Positions 42,390 to 51,866 of a stretch of DNA of 64,000 nt are shown piece by piece. The DNA is taken from positions 7,015 to 71,014 of the forward strand of contig JBCLCL010000003.1 of assembly GCA_038915815.1 (NCBI GenBank), read 5' to 3'. Source of the DNA: Candidatus Limnocylindrales bacterium (GTDB taxonomy: Bacteria; Chloroflexota; Limnocylindria; Limnocylindrales; CSP1-4). A program made the translations under genes and the position numbers. The notes under the pieces are model-generated. The model saw only the letters and a list, made by a program, of their open reading frames with translations, ran no database searches and was not told where the DNA came from. Each line of letters starts with the position of its first letter. The first letter of the stretch is position 1.

Positions 42390-42814
42390 GCGACGCTGAG
42401 TCGGAGGTGGGCGCCGCCGCGGCGGCGCTCGTCGCTGCCTTCGGCGCGCACGATGTGGATGGCTACTTCGGGGCGTTCGCCCCGGAGGCCACCTTCCTCT
42501 TCCACACCACGCCGCGACTGCTCGAGTCGAGGGCCGCCTACGAGGCAGAGTGGAGATCGTGGGAGGCCGACGGGTTCCGGGTGCTGGCCTGCCGGTCGCT
42601 CGAGCCGGAGGTCCACCTGTTGACCGCCGATGTCGCGGTCTTCACCCATCGGGTCCGGACGCGCATGCGCGATGCCGACGGCGAGCACGACCTTGCGGAG
42701 CGCGAGACGATCGTCTTCCGGCGCGAGCAGGACGGCCGCTGGCTTGGCGTCCACGAGCATCTGTCGGCCGAGCCGAGCGCCGAGCCGAGCGCCGAGCCGA
42801 GCGCCCGGTCGTGA
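42386..42814 (+). CDS. SnoaL-like/NTF2-fold small protein with C-terminal (AEPS)3 repeat
   Basis: DUF4440/SnoaL-like pattern. 12-nt tandem repeat gccgagccgagc x3 at its 3' end. ATGA overlap with the permease. Confidence 0.6.
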   Translation: MSDAESEVGAAAAALVAAFGAHDVDGYFGAFAPEATFLFHTTPRLLESRAAYEAEWRSWEADGFRVLACRSLEPEVHLLTADVAVFTHRVRTRMRDADGEHDLAERETIVFRREQDGRWLGVHEHLSAEPSAEPSAEPSARS

Positions 42815-43791
42815 GCGAGGCCAGGGGTCGGAAGCCGGAACCGGACCCAAAGCCCGTCGAGCCGCCGGATGCGCTCGCCGTCCCGCGCTTCGCGGGTCCG
42901 GACACGTTCGCCCGGTTGCCCCGCCTCGAGGACGTCGGCTCCGCGGCCGTGGCGATCGTCGGCGTCCCGTTCGACTCGGGCGTCTCCTACCGGAGCGGCG
43001 CCCGCTTCGGCCCGGCGGCGATCCGTGCCGGATCCAAGCTCCTCCGGCCGTATCACCCCGCCCTCGACGTGGAGCCGTGGCGGATCCAGCAGGTTGCCGA
43101 CGCCGGCGACATCGCCTGCAATCCGTTCGACATCATGGAGGCGGTCGGTTCGATCGAGGCCGCCGCGATCGACCTGCTGACGCGGGCCGACCGTCTCGTC
43201 ACGCTGGGCGGCGATCACACGATCGCCCTGCCACTCCTGCGGGCCATGCACCAGCGCCATGGGCCGATCGCGCTCATCCATTTCGATGCCCACCTCGACA
43301 CCTGGGACACCTATTTCGGCATGCCGTACACCCACGGCACCCCGTTCCGCCGCGCCTTCGAGGAGGGCCTCCTGGCCGCCGACCGATCCGTCCACGTCGG
43401 CATTCGGGGCCCGCTCTACTCCACCCATGACCTGACCCAGGACGCGGGGATGGGCTTCGCGATCGTCTCGACCGCAGACGTCGCCCGCCACGGGGTGGAG
43501 GTCGCCATCGCGCGGATCCTCGAACGCGTCGGCAGCGGGGCGGTCTACCTCAGCGTGGACATCGATGTGCTCGACCCCGCACACGCGCCGGGAACGGGAA
43601 CGCCCGAGCCCGGTGGACTGACGACCCGAGAGCTGCAGACGATCCTGCGCGGGCTCGACGGGCTGGACCTGGTGGGTGGCGACGTCGTCGAGGTCGCCCC
43701 CGCGTACGACCACGCCGAACTGACGGCCCTGGCGGCGGCCAACGTCGCCTACGAATACCTCGGCCTCTTCGCCCGGGCCCGGTCGCGGTAG
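42811..43791 (+). CDS. Arginase/agmatinase-family ureohydrolase (agmatinase/guanidino-acid hydrolase-like)
   Basis: GTGA overlap start at 42811. Mn-ligand motifs [25 protein letters not shown]. Confidence 0.8.
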   Translation: MSEARGRKPEPDPKPVEPPDALAVPRFAGPDTFARLPRLEDVGSAAVAIVGVPFDSGVSYRSGARFGPAAIRAGSKLLRPYHPALDVEPWRIQQVADAGDIACNPFDIMEAVGSIEAAAIDLLTRADRLVTLGGDHTIALPLLRAMHQRHGPIALIHFDAHLDTWDTYFGMPYTHGTPFRRAFEEGLLAADRSVHVGIRGPLYSTHDLTQDAGMGFAIVSTADVARHGVEVAIARILERVGSGAVYLSVDIDVLDPAHAPGTGTPEPGGLTTRELQTILRGLDGLDLVGGDVVEVAPAYDHAELTALAAANVAYEYLGLFARARSR

Positions 43792-43795
43792 GCCC

Positions 43796-45232
43796 ATGGC
43801 CTCCGGCCCGTCTTCACCGATCCGGTCGGTGGCCGCGGCGGTCTCCGCCCGGCGCACCAGCGCCGTCGCGATGGTCGCGGAAGCGCTCGAACGGATCGCC
43901 CGTCTCGACCCGGCGATCAACGCCGTCGTCGCCCTTCGTGCCGAGGAAGCCTATCGCGAAGCCGAGGCCCTTGACGCCGCGGTGGCGAGGGGCGAACCGG
44001 CGGGCCGCCTGGCGGGTGTCCCGGTCCTGATCAAGGACCTCGAGGACGTGGCCGGGATGCCCACGACCCAGGGGTCGCGGCTCTTCGCGGATGCCCCTCC
44101 GGCGGTCGAGGACAGCCTCATCCCCGCTCGCCTCCGGGCCGCCGGCGCGATCGTCGTCGGCAAGTCCAACCTGCCCGAGTTCGCGACCGAGGGCTTCACC
44201 GCCAACCTGCTGTTCGGAGCGACCCGGAACCCATGGACGCTCGCCAATTCGCCGGGAGGATCCAGCGGAGGCTCGGCCGCGGCGGTGGCAGCCGGCCTCG
44301 TGCCGATCGCGACCGCCACCGACGGCGGCGGTTCCATCCGGATCCCGGCGGCGTTCTGCGGACTGGTCGGGCTGAAGCCGACCCACGGGGTCATCGGCGG
44401 CTACCCGCCACACGACTGGATCGACTTCTCCACGTTCGGGCCGCTGGCCACGTCGGTCGCCGACCTTCGCCTTCTCCTCGAGGTCGAGTCCGGACCGGTC
44501 GCCGGCGACCCGACGGCTCGCCCACGCGGTTGGGCCATGGATCCGACGCCCCCACCCTCCCGCCTCTACGCGGCGCAGCGGACGAGCGATCTTGGCCCGC
44601 TGCCGCCAGGGATCGCTCGCTCGTTCGAGGAGGCGGTCCGGGCGCTGGCCGAGGTGCTCTCCCTGCCGCTGACCTGGCTCGAGCCGCGCGACTTCTTCAC
44701 GGACGGCGATCCGGACCTGGACTGGTTCACCCTGGCCACCGCCGAACACGTCGCCGCGCTCGGTCGCGAGCGGCTGGTGGCCGACCTCGGGCTGTTGCAT
44801 CCGGCCACGCGGGCGTTCATGGAAGTCGGCCTGGCGGTCGGGATCGACGAGTACCTCGCGGCGCGTCGCCGCCGGTTCGGCTACGTCCGGCGCCTCGACG
44901 ACCTGCTGGGTCGCTCGGGCCTGCTGCTGACCCCGACGGTCGCGGTCGAGGGCTGGGATGCGGACGGTCGCCTGACCCCGGACGGTGAGCCGGGCATGCT
45001 CCCGCCGGAGGTCCTCTCGACGGCCGTCCAGAACGTGACCGGGCACCCCGCGATCTCGCTGCCCGCCGGACGCTCCGCGAATGGTGTCCCGTTCGGCCTC
45101 CAGGTCACGGGGCCGCGCCACGCGGACGATCTCCTGCTCGACGTCGCCGGGGCCTGGGAAGCTGCCCATCCCTGGCCGGAGGTGGCGCCAGGGTACGAGC
45201 CGTTCGGGAATTCGGTCATCGCTCCGGCCTGA
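43796..45232 (+). CDS. Amidase-signature (AS) family amidase
   Basis: GGSSGGSAAAVAAG signature and Ser-cisSer-Lys triad context (KDL... GGSIRIPAAFCG). Confidence 0.85.
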   Translation: MASGPSSPIRSVAAAVSARRTSAVAMVAEALERIARLDPAINAVVALRAEEAYREAEALDAAVARGEPAGRLAGVPVLIKDLEDVAGMPTTQGSRLFADAPPAVEDSLIPARLRAAGAIVVGKSNLPEFATEGFTANLLFGATRNPWTLANSPGGSSGGSAAAVAAGLVPIATATDGGGSIRIPAAFCGLVGLKPTHGVIGGYPPHDWIDFSTFGPLATSVADLRLLLEVESGPVAGDPTARPRGWAMDPTPPPSRLYAAQRTSDLGPLPPGIARSFEEAVRALAEVLSLPLTWLEPRDFFTDGDPDLDWFTLATAEHVAALGRERLVADLGLLHPATRAFMEVGLAVGIDEYLAARRRRFGYVRRLDDLLGRSGLLLTPTVAVEGWDADGRLTPDGEPGMLPPEVLSTAVQNVTGHPAISLPAGRSANGVPFGLQVTGPRHADDLLLDVAGAWEAAHPWPEVAPGYEPFGNSVIAPA

Positions 45233-45253
45233 CGTGGTGTGCTGTCGGGCCGC

Positions 45254-45532
45254 TCAGCCGATCCGGCGGTAGGTGCTTTCGGACCGGCGCGCGACCCTGA
45301 GGACGACGATCAGGCGCTCGCGGTCATCGACCAGGTAGACGACCCGGAGGTCGCCGACCCGCAGCCGCTGATATCGAGTCCCGACGAGTGGGGAAGAGTC
45401 CCGGGGTCGCGGCTCGCCGGCAAGCGCGATGATCGGAACGCGGAGTCGAGCCGCGTCGCCCGGCGGGAGTCGCGCCAACTGGCGCTGGGCCGCCGGCGAA
45501 AGCTCGACCCGGTACGGGGCCGGGCGGGTCAC
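45254..45532 (-). CDS. RelE/ParE-family type II toxin
   Basis: YRVELSPAAQRQLARLP... LRVGDLRVVY: RelE/ParE fold motifs. 4-nt overlap with the antitoxin. Confidence 0.75.
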   Translation of the reverse strand: MTRPAPYRVELSPAAQRQLARLPPGDAARLRVPIIALAGEPRPRDSSPLVGTRYQRLRVGDLRVVYLVDDRERLIVVLRVARRSESTYRRIG

Positions 45533-45813
45533 GTCGTCGGGTCGGAAGCCGTCGGGTCGCCCTCCATCGCCCCATAGGTCTCGCGGGTCTCGGCTGCGAG
45601 ACGCTCGTAGTACGCGACGGCTCCGACTCCGCCGTCCCGTCGATATTCGGCAAGCGCGACGTCGGCCGAGGCTCGGTCCTCCGCGGACTCGAGATCTTCA
45701 AGCCAGCCACCGATGGCTTCCTCGAATACGTCGCGAACGCTGCGGTCGGAGCGTGCCGCCTCCACCTTGACCGCTCGGTAGAGGTCCGCATCCAGGTCAA
45801 CGGTGATCTTCAT
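45529..45813 (-). CDS. Ribbon-helix-helix antitoxin (ParD/CopG-like)
   Basis: MKITVDLDADLYRAVKVEAARSDRSVRDVFEEAI is an RHH motif. 94 aa. Confidence 0.7.
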   Translation of the reverse strand: MKITVDLDADLYRAVKVEAARSDRSVRDVFEEAIGGWLEDLESAEDRASADVALAEYRRDGGVGAVAYYERLAAETRETYGAMEGDPTASDPTT

Positions 45814-45920
45814 CGGCCAAGGATACCAGCATGCTGGGTTACTGATGCCACCGGCACGTGGCTCGACACGGCGATGCCAGGCGGGCCGATGATCGTGGCT
45901 CGGGGTAGACTCGGACGTCC

Positions 45921-47564
45921 ATGTCGATCAGTAAGCGGGCCGGCCTTCCTGCCGAGGCGTCGATGCTGGTCGATGTCGAGCGCCTGATCGATGCCTACTA
46001 CGACCTGTGCCCCGACCCCGCCGAACCGGTCCAGCGCGTCGCCTTCGGGACGTCCGGCCATCGCGGGTCCGCCTTCAACAGGTCGTTCAACGAGGCGCAC
46101 ATCGTCGCCACGACCGAGGCGATCTGCCGCTACCGCAGCGCGCAGGGCACGGACGGCCCGCTGTTCATCGGGCGCGACACCCATGCGCTCTCCGAGCCGG
46201 CGTTCCGTTCCGCCCTGGAGGTGCTGGTGGCCAACGGCGTGGACGTCCGCGTGGACGCCGCCGACGGGTACACCCCGACGCCCGTGATCTCGCACGCGAT
46301 CCTGGTCCACAACCGTGGTCGAAGCGCCGGGCTGGCCGACGGGATCGTGGTGACCCCGTCGCACAACCCGCCCGAGGACGGCGGCTTCAAGTACAACCCG
46401 CCCAACGGCGGGCCGGCCGATGCGGACGTGACCGGCTGGATCGGGAACGAGGCGAACGGGCTGCTGGCGACCGCCGTGGACGCTGTCAAGCGGGTCCCGT
46501 TCGAGCGGGCGCGGGCCACCGCGACCCCCCACGACTTCCTCGGCTCCTATATCGGCGATCTCGATGCGGTCATCGACATGGAGGCGATCCGGGCGTCCGG
46601 CCTCCGCCTCGGCGTCGATCCGATGGGCGGGGCGAGCGTCGCGTTCTGGCCGGCGATCGCCGAGCGCTACGGCCTGGACCTGACGGTGACCAACGACGTC
46701 GTGGATCCGCAGTTCGGGTTCATGACCGCCGACTGGGACGGCCGGATCCGGATGGACCCCTCGTCGCCGCACGCCATGGCCCGCCTGGTCGAGCTGCGCG
46801 ACCGCTTTGACGTCGCGTTCGGCAATGACACCGACGCCGATCGCCACGGGATCGTCACCCCCGGTGCCGGACTGCTGAACCCGAACCACTTCCTGTCGGC
46901 CGCGGTCGCCTACCTGTTCGGCGCCGGCCGCGAGTGGCGGGCGGAGGTTGCCGTCGGCAAGACCCTGGTCTCGAGCGGGATGCTGGATCGCGTCACGGCC
47001 GACCTGGGGCGCCGGCTGCTGGAGGTGCCGGTCGGGTTCAAGTGGTTCGTCCCGGGGCTGCTGGCCGGCGAGCTCGGGTTCGGCGGCGAGGAGAGCGCCG
47101 GGGCGTCGTTCCTGCGCCGCGACGGCACGGCCTGGACGACCGACAAGGACGGGATCATCGCCTGCCTGCTGGCCGCCGAGCTGACAGCCCGAACCGGGCG
47201 GGATCCAGGCGAGGCCTACCGCGACCTGACCGATCGATTCGGTTCCCCGGTCTATCGCCGGATCGACGCGCCGGCCAGCCCGTCCCAGAAATCGGCGCTC
47301 GCGCGCCTCTCGCCGGACCGGGTCAGCGCGTCCACGCTTGCCGGCGAGCCGCTGACCGGGGTCCTCACAGTGGCGCCCGGCAACGGCGCCCCGATCGGCG
47401 GACTCAAGGTCACGGCCGAACATGGCTGGTTCGCCGCCCGTCCATCTGGAACCGAGAACGTCTACAAGATCTATGCAGAGAGCTTCCTCGGCGAGGAGCA
47501 CCTGGAGCGGATCATCGACGAGGCTCAGGCGGTCGTGAGCCAGGCCCTGGCCGGCGCCGTCTGA
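45921..47564 (+). CDS. pgm: Phosphoglucomutase (alpha-D-glucose phosphate-specific)
   Basis: GTSGHRG active-site serine loop, Mg-binding DTDADR, sugar-binding GEESAG. 547 aa. Confidence 0.9.
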   Translation: MSISKRAGLPAEASMLVDVERLIDAYYDLCPDPAEPVQRVAFGTSGHRGSAFNRSFNEAHIVATTEAICRYRSAQGTDGPLFIGRDTHALSEPAFRSALEVLVANGVDVRVDAADGYTPTPVISHAILVHNRGRSAGLADGIVVTPSHNPPEDGGFKYNPPNGGPADADVTGWIGNEANGLLATAVDAVKRVPFERARATATPHDFLGSYIGDLDAVIDMEAIRASGLRLGVDPMGGASVAFWPAIAERYGLDLTVTNDVVDPQFGFMTADWDGRIRMDPSSPHAMARLVELRDRFDVAFGNDTDADRHGIVTPGAGLLNPNHFLSAAVAYLFGAGREWRAEVAVGKTLVSSGMLDRVTADLGRRLLEVPVGFKWFVPGLLAGELGFGGEESAGASFLRRDGTAWTTDKDGIIACLLAAELTARTGRDPGEAYRDLTDRFGSPVYRRIDAPASPSQKSALARLSPDRVSASTLAGEPLTGVLTVAPGNGAPIGGLKVTAEHGWFAARPSGTENVYKIYAESFLGEEHLERIIDEAQAVVSQALAGAV

Positions 47565-47635
47565 CCAGCCTGGCAAGTCAGGCAGTCGGCCGCGTGCGGC
47601 TGCGCTTATCAGCCGGCCGCCTCGCCATGCGCGAC

Positions 47636-47724
47636 GGCCCCTCGCCAGCCGGGGCCCCCTCGCCAGCCGGGGCCCCCTCGCCAGCCGGTGCCCCCTCGCC
47701 AGCCGGGGCCCCCTCGCCAGCCGG
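47636..47724 (+). repeat. Tandem repeat, 18 bp x 5 (ggccccctcgccagccgg)
   Basis: Five near-perfect head-to-tail copies in the pgm-downstream intergenic region (copy 1 is 17 bp; copy 4 has g->t). Confidence 0.9.
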
Positions 47725-48010
47725 GGCCGATTCTGCCCGGAGCATCAGTTCCAGCAGGAGTTGGGCCATAAGCAGCCGATGGCGCCGCTCGCCAGCCGCC
47801 CCGGCTGACCCTGACCAGGGACCTCGCCGCCACCAGCATCACCAACGCCCGACACTCCCGATAACGACTGGTTCCGGGGCCTTGCTCCGGAACTGCCGAC
47901 CACCAGGGCCGGGATCCCGTGCGCAAACTGATGCCCCCAGCATCATTGTCGATCGGAGGGCCACGGCCGTAGCACGGGCCGACGTGGCGTGCGCGTGGTG
48001 TAATCCGGTC

Positions 48011-49708
48011 ATGAGCGCGCCGGTCCCCGAACACGACGTCGAGATCCCGCTTCGACTCCAGCCCGTCGTCGCGCGACCGCAGGGCTGGAGGGGACGTTCG
48101 AACAGCCTGGTCGCGGTCGGCCTGGTCGGCTTCATCGTGGTCGGCATCGTGCTTGGCACGGCGCTCGACGACGAAGGCCCCGCGAGCTCAGCGGCGGTCG
48201 CGATCGCATCGACCGCCCCGACGTCGAGCTCGGCGGCGCCGACGAAACGCCCGACCCCCACCCGTGTGCCGCTCGCGACCCCCCTGCCGACGCTGGAGAT
48301 CGTGGGCGGGCAGATCCCGACCGAGCGCCGACTCGTCTGGGCGCAGGGCCTGCAGGTGCTGGATCTAGGGACCGGGACCCTGGCCCCGCCGCCGCCCCAG
48401 AACCCGTACGACTACCAGATGATGCCGCTTTCGGACAACCAGCTCGTGTGTGCCTGCGTCCTCCGGCCCGGCACGCCGGTCGGAGACTCCACGGTGAAGG
48501 ACCCGATCCTTCGCTTCGCGCGGTTCGATCTGACCGGGGCCCCGATCGTCGAGCGGGACGTCGCGACCTTCGACGGCGCCACGCCGGTGCGCGACATGAC
48601 CGACGGGTTCAACGTCGTGGCGTCGCTCGATGCCGATCAGCGGTACCTGTTCGTGTCCGCCGTGGTCCGGCGCCCGCCGGTCTGGACGGTCGAGCTGTAC
48701 GTCTTGGATGTGGAACATGGCGAGCTGGTCAGCGCTAAAGTCCTCGACCGCCTTCCGGTCGATCTGGAGGAACCCGGTCCATCGGCGTCACCGCATACGG
48801 GCCACGCGCCCGATGGGGTCTACGCGCCCGATGGGGTCTACGTCTGGGCCAGCATGTTGGCGATCGCCCCCGACGGCGGGACGATCTATGCCGCGATCAA
48901 CCGCTCCGAGGTTCGCAGCGAGACCTGGACGAACAGCTCTCGTGAATGGATGATCCCCGTCCACGACGGGACGCTCTCCACCCCGGCTCCGCTCCCGCCG
49001 GAGGTGAGCCTGGCCCCCGACGCCTGGTGCCTCGGTCGACCGACCTTCATCGATCAGGAGCGGCTCGTCCAGGTCTGCACGCCCACCGCCGGTGGAGCGC
49101 CCGGCAGTTCGTACTACGTTCGTCGACTGACGACCGCCGGCACGTCGATCGGCGACGTGGCGATCCCAAGCGGGCAGCCCGTCGACGGGTACGTGGCGAC
49201 ACCCGTCGTGGACCGCGCGAGGCGTGCCGTCTTCGTCTGGGATCCGTTTCGCCACACCATGACCCGTATCGGGATCGATGACGGTCCGATCATCGGCGGG
49301 ACCGTTCCGGGATCGATGCTGCCGGGCGATCGGAACCTGAGCGGGCGGGGCTACCTGGGCGTTGAACCGGGACTCACCGTCTCGCCTGACGGGCGACGGG
49401 TCTACGCCCTCGGGATCGGACCTGGCGCCGGCCAGACGAGCAGGTCCACCGGCGTCTGGGTCTTCGATTCGATGACGCTCGCGATGATCGACCACTGGGA
49501 GCCGCGAGCCGTCCTCACATCACTGGCGGTCTCGGCCGATGGGCGCTTCGTCTACGCGACCGGTGCGCCCGGCTACGATGCTGCAGGGCATGAGAACGGG
49601 CGCTGGCCGGCATCGGTCACCGTCTACGACGCCGCGAGCGGCGAGATCCAGGTGGTCTACGGCGCCGTCGCGCGAGACACCTGGGTCTCCTTCGCGATCT
49701 GGCAGTAG
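48011..49708 (+). CDS. Membrane-anchored protein with Ser/Thr/Pro linker and predicted beta-propeller (YVTN-like) ectodomain
   Basis: ATG 48011. TM LVAVGLVGFIVVGIVLGTAL. STAPTSSSAAPTKRPTPT linker. Repeated DGxxVYA / DGRFVYATG beta-propeller-like motifs. The upstream part of the track ORF (46934-48010) has low GC3 and is not coding. Confidence 0.6.
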   Translation: MSAPVPEHDVEIPLRLQPVVARPQGWRGRSNSLVAVGLVGFIVVGIVLGTALDDEGPASSAAVAIASTAPTSSSAAPTKRPTPTRVPLATPLPTLEIVGGQIPTERRLVWAQGLQVLDLGTGTLAPPPPQNPYDYQMMPLSDNQLVCACVLRPGTPVGDSTVKDPILRFARFDLTGAPIVERDVATFDGATPVRDMTDGFNVVASLDADQRYLFVSAVVRRPPVWTVELYVLDVEHGELVSAKVLDRLPVDLEEPGPSASPHTGHAPDGVYAPDGVYVWASMLAIAPDGGTIYAAINRSEVRSETWTNSSREWMIPVHDGTLSTPAPLPPEVSLAPDAWCLGRPTFIDQERLVQVCTPTAGGAPGSSYYVRRLTTAGTSIGDVAIPSGQPVDGYVATPVVDRARRAVFVWDPFRHTMTRIGIDDGPIIGGTVPGSMLPGDRNLSGRGYLGVEPGLTVSPDGRRVYALGIGPGAGQTSRSTGVWVFDSMTLAMIDHWEPRAVLTSLAVSADGRFVYATGAPGYDAAGHENGRWPASVTVYDAASGEIQVVYGAVARDTWVSFAIWQ

Positions 49709-49744
49709 GCGGCGAGGCCGCGGGGTCGCCGGCGACGCGCTAGG

Positions 49745-51805
49745 ATGAACGCCCTGCCGGCGTTCACCCGGACCATCCGTCCCCGGGAGCGCCCGGACCC
49801 CACCCCGAACCCCACAGGAACGATGCCGAAGTCGGTTCCGGTCCCCTCGGACGCCACCCCGATCGCCACCGGACGACCGCCGATCGAGGCCGACCTGCGC
49901 TCTTTTGGACACCTCGGCGGCCTCGATGGCTTGCGCGCCATCGCGGTGCTCGCGGTCGTCGTCTACCACGCCGGGATCGGCGGGCTCTCCGGCGGATTCC
50001 TCGGCGTCGAAGTCTTCTTCGTCATCAGCGGCTTCCTGATCACCGCACTGCTGCTGGCCGAACATCGCCTGACCGGGCGGATCGATCCCATCGCCTTCTG
50101 GCTGCGCCGGGCCCGGCGGCTCCTGCCGGCGCTCTTCTTCCTGCTCGCAGTCTGCCTTGCGTTCGCCGTCCTGGTCGTGCCGGACGAGATCGCACAGCTG
50201 CGGAGCGATGCCCTGGCAGCGCTCGCCTACGTCACCAACTGGCACCTGATCGCCGGCGAGCAGTCGTACTTCGAGTCGATCGGGCGGCCATCGCTGTTCA
50301 TCCACCTCTGGTCGCTGGCCATCGAGGAGCAGTTCTACCTCTTCTGGCCGATCGCCCTCGCTGTGCTCCTGCTGGCCGGGCGTCGGGTCGCCCTGGCGCT
50401 GACCCTGCTGGGCGCGGCCGCGTCGGCTGTCTGGATGGCCCTGCAGTTCGACCCGTCCCTCGATCCGTCGCGGATCTACTACGGGACGGACACGCGCCTG
50501 ACCGGCCTGCTGCTCGGCGCCGCCCTGGCGTTCGTCTGGGTGCCGACCGCGTCCTCGCTGCCCTCGGCCTCCTCGGCGCGGCTGAGCCGTCGGAAGCGCC
50601 GGCGGCTCCTCGCGGCAGCGGCGGCGGCCGGGCGCTGGGGCGACGTTCGGCTCGGGCGTGCGCTCGATCTCGTCGGCGTCGCGGCCCTCGTGGGGCTGGC
50701 TGCCTTCTTCGTCGGCGCGGACGCCTTCGAGCCGTTCCTCTACCAGGGCGGACTGGCCCTCCTGGCGCTGGTGACCGTCGCCCTGATCGCTGCGGTGGTC
50801 CATCCGCGGGCCCGCATCGGCCGTGCCGTGGATCTCGATCCGATGCGCTGGATCGGGACCCGGTCCTATTCGATCTACCTGTGGCACTGGCCGATCTTCG
50901 CGCTCTCCCGCCCTGAGCTGGACCTGCCGATCGGCCCCTTGCCGGCGCTCGTGCTTCGGCTCGTGCTGACCGCGGGGCTCGCCGAGGTGTCGTACCGGTT
51001 CGTCGAGACTCCCGTCCGCCACGGTGCGCTGGGGAGGGCCTGGGCCTGGTTGCGCTCGACGGAGCCCGTCACGAGCCGGCCGACCCGGCGGTGGACGGTG
51101 CCGGCGGCGGCCGGGGGGCTGGCCGTGATGCTGTCGGTGCTGCTCGTGTCGGTGGCGATCGCGACCCCGCCTCCACCGCCGGACGGGATGGTGACGACCT
51201 CGATCAACGAGCTGGTGCTGGACCCGGATGGACAGCTGGGCGATCTGCCGACGACGTCGGCCGCGTCAGCCAGCCCGACGTCCGCGCCGCCCACGGCGCC
51301 GACCGCCTCACCGACGCCATCGCCGAGTCCGACCCCCACCCCGATGCGGAGCATCCTCGCCTTCGGCGAGTCGGTGATGATCCAGGGCGCCCGGGCGCTC
51401 GCGAAAGACCTCGGGCCCCTGCGCGTGGACGCCGCCGTCGGACGCCATATCGCCGAGGGGACCAGGATCCTGGAGCGCCGCGCGGTAGACGGCGAGCTTG
51501 CCGACACCGTCATCGTCCAGCTGGGCAACAACGGACCCTTCCGGGCCGGGCAGTTCGACGCGGTGATGGACGCCCTGCGCGACGTGCCCACCGTCGTCTG
51601 GGTCAACGTTCGGGTGCTGCGCGACTGGGAGGCGCACAACAACCGGATCATCGAGAGCGGGATCGCCCGCTATCCGAACGCGCGGCTGGTGGACTGGTAT
51701 GACGCCACCGCGGGACACCCGGAGCTCTTCTGGAGGGACGGCTACCACCCGCGACCGAAGGGCGCAGCGCTCTACGCCGACCTGATCGCCGCGGCGCTCG
51801 ACTGA
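49745..51805 (+). CDS. Acyltransferase family 3 (OafA/YrhL-like) membrane protein fused to C-terminal SGNH hydrolase domain
   Basis: Acyl_transf_3 motifs (LDGLRAIAVLAVVVYH, multi-TM). C-terminal SGNH-like domain after a Pro/Ser/Thr linker. Start at 49745 or 49823. Confidence 0.8.
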   Translation: MNALPAFTRTIRPRERPDPTPNPTGTMPKSVPVPSDATPIATGRPPIEADLRSFGHLGGLDGLRAIAVLAVVVYHAGIGGLSGGFLGVEVFFVISGFLITALLLAEHRLTGRIDPIAFWLRRARRLLPALFFLLAVCLAFAVLVVPDEIAQLRSDALAALAYVTNWHLIAGEQSYFESIGRPSLFIHLWSLAIEEQFYLFWPIALAVLLLAGRRVALALTLLGAAASAVWMALQFDPSLDPSRIYYGTDTRLTGLLLGAALAFVWVPTASSLPSASSARLSRRKRRRLLAAAAAAGRWGDVRLGRALDLVGVAALVGLAAFFVGADAFEPFLYQGGLALLALVTVALIAAVVHPRARIGRAVDLDPMRWIGTRSYSIYLWHWPIFALSRPELDLPIGPLPALVLRLVLTAGLAEVSYRFVETPVRHGALGRAWAWLRSTEPVTSRPTRRWTVPAAAGGLAVMLSVLLVSVAIATPPPPPDGMVTTSINELVLDPDGQLGDLPTTSAASASPTSAPPTAPTASPTPSPSPTPTPMRSILAFGESVMIQGARALAKDLGPLRVDAAVGRHIAEGTRILERRAVDGELADTVIVQLGNNGPFRAGQFDAVMDALRDVPTVVWVNVRVLRDWEAHNNRIIESGIARYPNARLVDWYDATAGHPELFWRDGYHPRPKGAALYADLIAAALD

Positions 51806-51866
51806 CGCGTCGGCAGAGCGGCCGCCGGCTGTCCCGCCCGGGGGAGGGCTGCCGTACCCTGATGCG

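Noticed and set aside
47636-47724. CRISPR array
   Set aside because: Tandem repeats here and at 57988-58060 are contiguous, with no unique spacers. No cas genes are in the window.
47578-47769. 63-aa minus-strand ORF encoding (GEGAPA)n
   Set aside because: It is simply the reverse translation of the 18-bp tandem repeat. No RBS and no independent support.
46934-48010. Upstream extension of the 924-aa ORF (would add ~360 aa to the beta-propeller protein)
   Set aside because: It overlaps pgm out of frame. It passes through the 18-bp repeat and a lower-GC stretch with poor third-position GC. ATG 48011 gives a sensible TM-anchored protein.
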